A DNA stretch of 63,257 nucleotides, the filler included, from Licmophora abbreviata (taxonomy: Eukaryota), in the NCBI GenBank assembly GCA_900291995.1. It is 9 parts of 9 records of this genome, joined end to end, with 100 filler letters (N's around TTAATTAATTAA, not from the genome) between each part and the next. Parts side by side here need not be neighbours in the genome. Positions count along the whole stretch, not along the records: positions 54,743 to 60,852 come from OLMU01005689.1; positions 60,953 to 62,106 come from OLMU01005692.1; positions 62,207 to 63,257 come from OLMU01005696.1; 6 more parts are not named here. One strand, written 5' to 3'. Below are positions 58,560 to 63,257 of this stretch, piece after piece (positions within the stretch are counted from its first letter, which is position 1; each line of letters opens with the position of its first letter). Both the position numbers and the translations under genes were made by a program. The notes beneath the pieces are model-generated. The model saw nothing but the letters and a program-made list of their open reading frames with translations. It was not told where the DNA came from and searched no databases.

Positions 58560-60852
58560 TTACAGTCTACGCAGTCTTATCGGCAGCACGCTCGGTGCCA
58601 TGGAGAAGCTTGGCTCGCTACTGGGCATGTCCGTGCTTACTGTACCGGAGGGGGCAGGAGATGCGCTGGGTGCAGGACTGGCGCTTGGTTCAGGACTAGC
58701 ACTTGGCGCGGGACTGGCGCTGGGCGCAGGACTGGCACTTGGAACAAACGTCGTCGGAGCAGCGGGAGGAAGAGTCGGCGAGACTGGAGCCACGGGAGGT
58801 GGAGTTGGGTCGACAGGGGCTGCGGTGCTGGGAGCCGGACTGGCGCTTGGCGCTGGACTAGCACTGGGAGCTGGGCTAGCACTGGGCGAGGCCGTCGTGG
58901 GAGCCGTGTCGGGGGTAGGCGCGGGAGTTCCGTCGTTGCCACAGTCTCCTGGACAAAAGCAAATGTATCGAACTCCGATTGAGTTCGAAACGACGATACC
59001 AACACTGCTGACGTCCTCCATACCGTCAAACGTCTCGTCTTGGATGGAGTTGTCACCAAGGCCTTGGATGCGCTCCACCTCAACACCATCTTCCTTTGTA
59101 ATGATGAAGAAGTCCGTTTCCGTGGTCTCAATGTCCATAAGTCCGATGCTCAACAACTTCTGGACCGGGCAAGAGAAGAGGAACGTCAAGCTACCTCCAT
59201 AAGCATTGTCATCGGGTTCATCCTTATCGGACTCCTGAATGATGAGAAGGTTGCCTTCGCCGTTCGGGTTGCAATTCTCGCCTTCCATGCCTGGAACACC
59301 TCCGTACCCGACTCCTGGTCCTGGAACTGGACACATCTTGTTCGGACTGGTAAGGTCAGGATCCTCGGTGTCATAGCGAGTGGAATCAAAGATACGAGCC
59401 TTTCCGCCGGGCGTATACCCGCCATCCGACGAGCTCGCCATGACAGTCATCTTGTAAAGAGTGGACCACTCTTCCATGCCGACGTAGTCGCCATGCTTGA
59501 GTGGTTTATCAGAATCCGTCATGGAGAAGTCAATGCAAACCTGCTGTCCGGTGGGACACGATCCTGGAGGCGTCGTAGATAGGAACGGCGCCGGTGTGGC
59601 CTGGACGGGAGCTGGGGTAGGCGAGACAGGAGCCGGTGTGGCTGGGACTGGAGCTGGAGTAGCCAGGACAGGAGCCGGTGTGGCTAGGACGGGAGCTGGG
59701 GTAGCTGGAACAGGAGCCGGTGTGGCAGGCGTGACAGGAGCTGCGGCACTTGGCGCAGGACTGGCACTTGGAGCGGGGCTGGCACTAGGGGCTGGTGTGA
59801 CCTGCACAGGGTTCGACGTGGGATCAAGACCGACAGTAGTAGGTTTGTCAACGACTGGTGTAGGCCTTGCGCTGCTGGGTGCCGGACTGGCGCTGGGTGC
59901 CGGACTGGCGCTTGGGGCTGGCGTGGCCGGAACAGGGTTCGGTGTGGGATCAAGACCGAAAGTGGTTGGCTTTGCGCTGCTAGGTGCCGGACTCGCACTC
60001 GGGGCTGGACTGGCGCTAGGAGCTGGGGTCGCTGGCACAGGGTTCGGCGTGGGCATGGTAGGGAAAGCCGTGGGCTCAAGGCCAACAGGAGTTGGCTTGT
60101 CCACGATCGGAGTGGGCTCTGCGTTGCTAGGTGCCGGACTCGCGCTTGGAGCCGGAGTGACGGGAACAGTTGGCGCAGCCCCGCAGTCACCAGGACAGAA
60201 GCAAATATGACGAATGCCCATGGAGTTCGTCGCTACGACGGTAACACTCTCCACTCCCGTCATGCCCGAGAAGACTTCATTCTGGATAGAGTTGTCGCCA
60301 AGACCATTGATCGGGACCACCGAAGCTTTTTCCTGGGTGGCGATCATGAAGAAATTGCTAGTGCTGTCCATGTCCATCAGTCCAATACTAACCAGCTCTT
60401 CCAACGGACATGTGAACGCAAAGGTGACAGTACCACCGTAGGCATTGTCGTCTGGCTCCGGCTTGTTCGACTCCTGGATGATGAGGACGTTGCCCTCGCC
60501 GTTCGGATTACAGTTCTCGCCTTCCTTGCCTTGAACACCTCCAGTTCCGGTTCCAGGTCCAGGGACCGGACACATCTTGTTCGGACTGCCAAGGTCGGAG
60601 TCCTCGGTGTCATACAGAGTAGTGTCGAAGATTCGGGCCTTTCCACCGGGCGTATATCCACCATCACTCGAGCTGGCCAGTACCATCATTCCATACTTGG
60701 ACCATTCTCCCATACCGACGTAGTCACCATGTTGAAGTGGCATTTCATAGCCGGTGACAGAGAAGTCAATGCATACTTGCTCCGAGGCGCTGCAGCTCCC
60801 ACCCGGTCCAAGCGTTGGCTGACCGATAACAGGAGTGGGCTTGTCCACTACT
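58560..60852 (-). CDS. 5'-truncated mucin-like extracellular protein: two copies of a ~205-aa globular domain plus PSASPA/PATPAP repeats
   Basis: Domain VCIDF...GGYTPGGKARIFD...DL.SPN.MC...GN.LIIQES...PDDNAYGG...CFCPGDCG at about 60180-60800 and 58940-59565. Confidence 0.85.
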
Positions 60853-60952
60853 NNNNNNNNNNNNNNNNNNNNNNNNNNNNNNNNNNNNNNNNNNNNTTAA
60901 TTAATTAANNNNNNNNNNNNNNNNNNNNNNNNNNNNNNNNNNNNNNNNNNNN
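60853..60952. other. Artificial contig spacer
   Basis: N44-TTAATTAATTAA-N44. Confidence 0.98.
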
Positions 60953-61347
60953 CATCTGTGTCCAATACTAGGACTAGGAGGATTCAAAAGCACCCATCGC
61001 AAGACGCTTCTCGTGTGGACAAGGGCCCTCCCAAGTGTATAACTACCACGACGCATTGTGATTCCGAAGCGTCGTCATGGTGGGGTGGCAGTCGACGGAA
61101 GGATCGCGCTTCCACCGTGGATCTGGACCACCGCGCCTGCTTTGAGGTGGATGGGTGTTCGTCGATTTCGTCCGCGAGCTTGTACTTGAAGGATGATTTG
61201 AGTAGTAGTAGTAGTAGTAAAAAGAAGCAAGGCAAGGACGTTGGAGTGGTCGAGAGTAAGGCTGTGGAGACCAAAAGTAGCAGTGGGGAAGGAAAGGACG
61301 AGCAACAGAAGGAAGAAAAAGAGTCATTCGTCGTCGGCCTTGTTTAA
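60953..61347 (+). CDS. Possible low-complexity 3' end of a gene truncated by the gap
   Basis: Frame open from the gap to TAA at 61347; Ser/Lys/Glu-rich; convergent with the Nudix gene. Confidence 0.4.
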
Positions 61348-61616
61348 TGAATGGTTCGACGGGGCGAGGGAGGGACAAGTTCTATCCACACAAGCAATCA
61401 ACAATACGCTTAACACACACCAAGTAGAATACAAGTAGCTAGTAGGAGGGAGAGGCGTAGGAAAATGTGCTAGGCTAGGTAGACCACTTGCAGCAACTCC
61501 AACAGCTACAGTATCACTCTACGAGTAGAGAGAATGACTGTGGTGCATAAAGGGTATGATACCGGTAGGGACGTCACTGCCAGTACTAAGAGCGTGAGTA
61601 ACCTACCTGCTATTGC

Positions 61617-62106
61617 TTATCGACACTCTCCACTTCTCAATTCCCGGAGCAAATCCAAATAGCCCGGAGCCTCAGGTGACACATGTCCATGCCGCAACAA
61701 ACAGTCGATAATGACGGGATAACAGTTGGGCTTGATGGGATCATGGAAATCCGGCGCCATGCTTGCCTTCAACTCGTCCAACGTCCACAAGAAGAACTCT
61801 TGCACTTCTCCATCTACCGGTGTGGGAACAAAGTCGCTCGGTAGGTTCAAATCAAAACAAAAGAGCACGGCTCTCGACACGACATGCTTGCTGTAGGTTT
61901 CGTACGAAATAGCACCCGCCGCCCTGGCACTGGAGCGCGTCAGGGCGGGCGGGATGCCCGCCTCTTCGCTACACTCCTTGACCACATTGTCAAATAATCC
62001 CAAATCACTCGGCTGTCCTCCCGCCACTATATGATCCAGCATGCCTGGAAACTTGGACTTGTCCTTGGAACGACGTGCCATCCACATGCAGAATTCATCC
62101 TTGTTC
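61617..62106 (-). CDS. Nudix hydrolase (NUDT20/YJR142W-like), 5'-truncated
   Basis: MWMARRS..KS.FPGMLDHIVAGG, KECSEEAGI, P.DGEVQEF, KPNC. Confidence 0.9.
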
Positions 62107-62206
62107 NNNNNNNNNNNNNNNNNNNNNNNNNNNNNNNNNNNNNNNNNNNNTTAATTAATTAANNNNNNNNNNNNNNNNNNNNNNNNNNNNNNNNNNNNNN
62201 NNNNNN
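62107..62206. other. Artificial contig spacer
   Basis: N44-TTAATTAATTAA-N44. Confidence 0.98.
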
Positions 62207-62220
62207 CATTTCAGTCACAA

Positions 62221-62246
62221 TCATCATCATCATCATCATCATCATC
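62221..62246. repeat. (TCA)n microsatellite in the BolA intron
   Basis: Read directly. Confidence 0.9.
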
Positions 62247-62287
62247 GTATGGCGGGCAGGGCATCATTGTCAGCAGGCAGAACTCAC

Positions 62288-62469
62288 ACATTGTGCATGT
62301 GAGACTCATTCATGACATCGAGATAGGTCGGGTTCAATTTCCGGGACAATTTCGCTTCAATCGACGCCGTCACGGGAAAGGACAATGACATGCTTCGGAT
62401 ATTCTTCGGAAACAGTAGGAGGCGGGAGTGACAGCGGCGAAGAAGGAATGCAGCCGTCAATGGTACCAT
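62288..62469 (-). CDS. BolA-like protein, first exon (rest lost in the gap)
   Basis: PVTASIEAKLSRKLNPTYLDVMNESHMHNV after a presequence-like leader, followed by a GTGAGT donor. Confidence 0.8.
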
Positions 62470-63257
62470 GGTGCAAGCAGAAGTCGAGAGTTCGAGTGAT
62501 CACTCAATTTTTAATTTTTGGATCAAATTTCAATTTGGAACTCGGCGTCTGAACGTCCCCCGTCTCATGATTCAGAAACCAGTAATTCAAGCTGTTCGAC
62601 GTACATATTTTGCTCTAGGTATCACGTGTTGAAATACTCGAGTGTGACGGGATATTGCCTAGCACTGGAGTAGGGTTCAGTGTTCAAAGGGTTCAAAGGA
62701 TGTTGATAACGTTGTTGTTCGTTTGCTTTACTTGTTAAGATTATGAGCATAAAGTAGTTTGCCCGAAATGTAGATATCAAAAGTAGTGTGGAACAGGGAT
62801 GTCAAGGCCTTTCTGACAACCACCCATAAGCATCAACGAGAACCCTTTTAGTATCGGGTCTTGTTCAATCCCAGAAAAAACAACCTTGAGGTTCTTCCCG
62901 GAGTATTCTCGTCAAGATGGAATGGCCTTGATGCCGTCGCTTCTCATTCGTAACTCACCCTGCTCCTTGCGTCCGGTGTTCGCATGCGTGTTCGAGAAGT
63001 GATGTTGTGATATAAGGTCTCCATGGCGAATATAAATGTATGTGATGGGCACCCATCAGTTCGCATGCGTGTTCGTCACGCGGAGGTCCCCAGCAACCCT
63101 GATTATTCTCACACACGACATCACGGACCAAGCTTGCATCGTTCTAACGACCCTGCACACTGTCCCCTCTTCACACCGGGAGCAGTACATCAAGTTCAAA
63201 CTGCAAGATGTCATCCAAGAGAAAGGGTGAGCCTGCTGGTGACGATCTGCTGGAATG

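Noticed and set aside
58077..60908. Plus-strand Gly/Ala-rich (GAGLALGAG) ORFs resembling silk or elastin
   Set aside because: Reverse-complement reading of the PSASPA repeats on the minus strand.
18791..62206. Eight identical TTAATTAATTAA elements flanked by N runs as a biological repeat or CRISPR-like array
   Set aside because: Exact 44+12+44 structure with stops in all six frames; an assembly spacer.
62480..63257. Possible transposon remnant at the window end
   Set aside because: No RT, integrase, transposase, LTR or TIR motifs recognised in any frame.
1..63257. Prokaryotic operons, defence systems, rRNA/tRNA genes
   Set aside because: Spliceosomal introns and eukaryote-specific genes throughout; no such signatures seen by eye, and tRNAscan/Infernal were not run.

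Overview
Eukaryotic, intron-containing, gene-dense nuclear DNA, almost certainly from a diatom. The evidence is a silicanin-type protein (RXL motif, 18 luminal Cys), a diatom-type cyclin, several bipartite signal+ASAFAP plastid presequences, and short GT-AG introns. The window is nine contig pieces joined by eight artificial 100-bp N44-TTAATTAATTAA-N44 spacers. It carries about 35 protein genes or gene pieces, including RPS21, ProRS, importin-4, cullin, syntaxin-5, a Ca-dependent mitochondrial carrier, a TBC RabGAP, a PPR protein, aspartoacylase, an aldo-keto reductase, Nudix and BolA. At least nine single-base frameshifts fall in otherwise intact genes, mostly at homopolymers, and look like sequencing errors. 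I saw no rRNA, tRNA, CRISPR array or recognisable transposon. The best leads are: (1) a candidate glycan-modification neighbourhood at 49.5-60.9 kb (two-domain GT-A + fucosyltransferase-like protein, sulfotransferase, GT34-like protein, mucin-like repeat protein); (2) a protein built from a 233-aa Cys-rich repeat I do not recognise; (3) a GGCT + cytochrome-b5-like fusion; (4) a soluble PGRL1-like protein; (5) a spliced PIGBOS1-like microprotein; (6) a recurring upstream GAGTCGAGTCA motif. All family calls come from reading motifs by eye; no searches were run.
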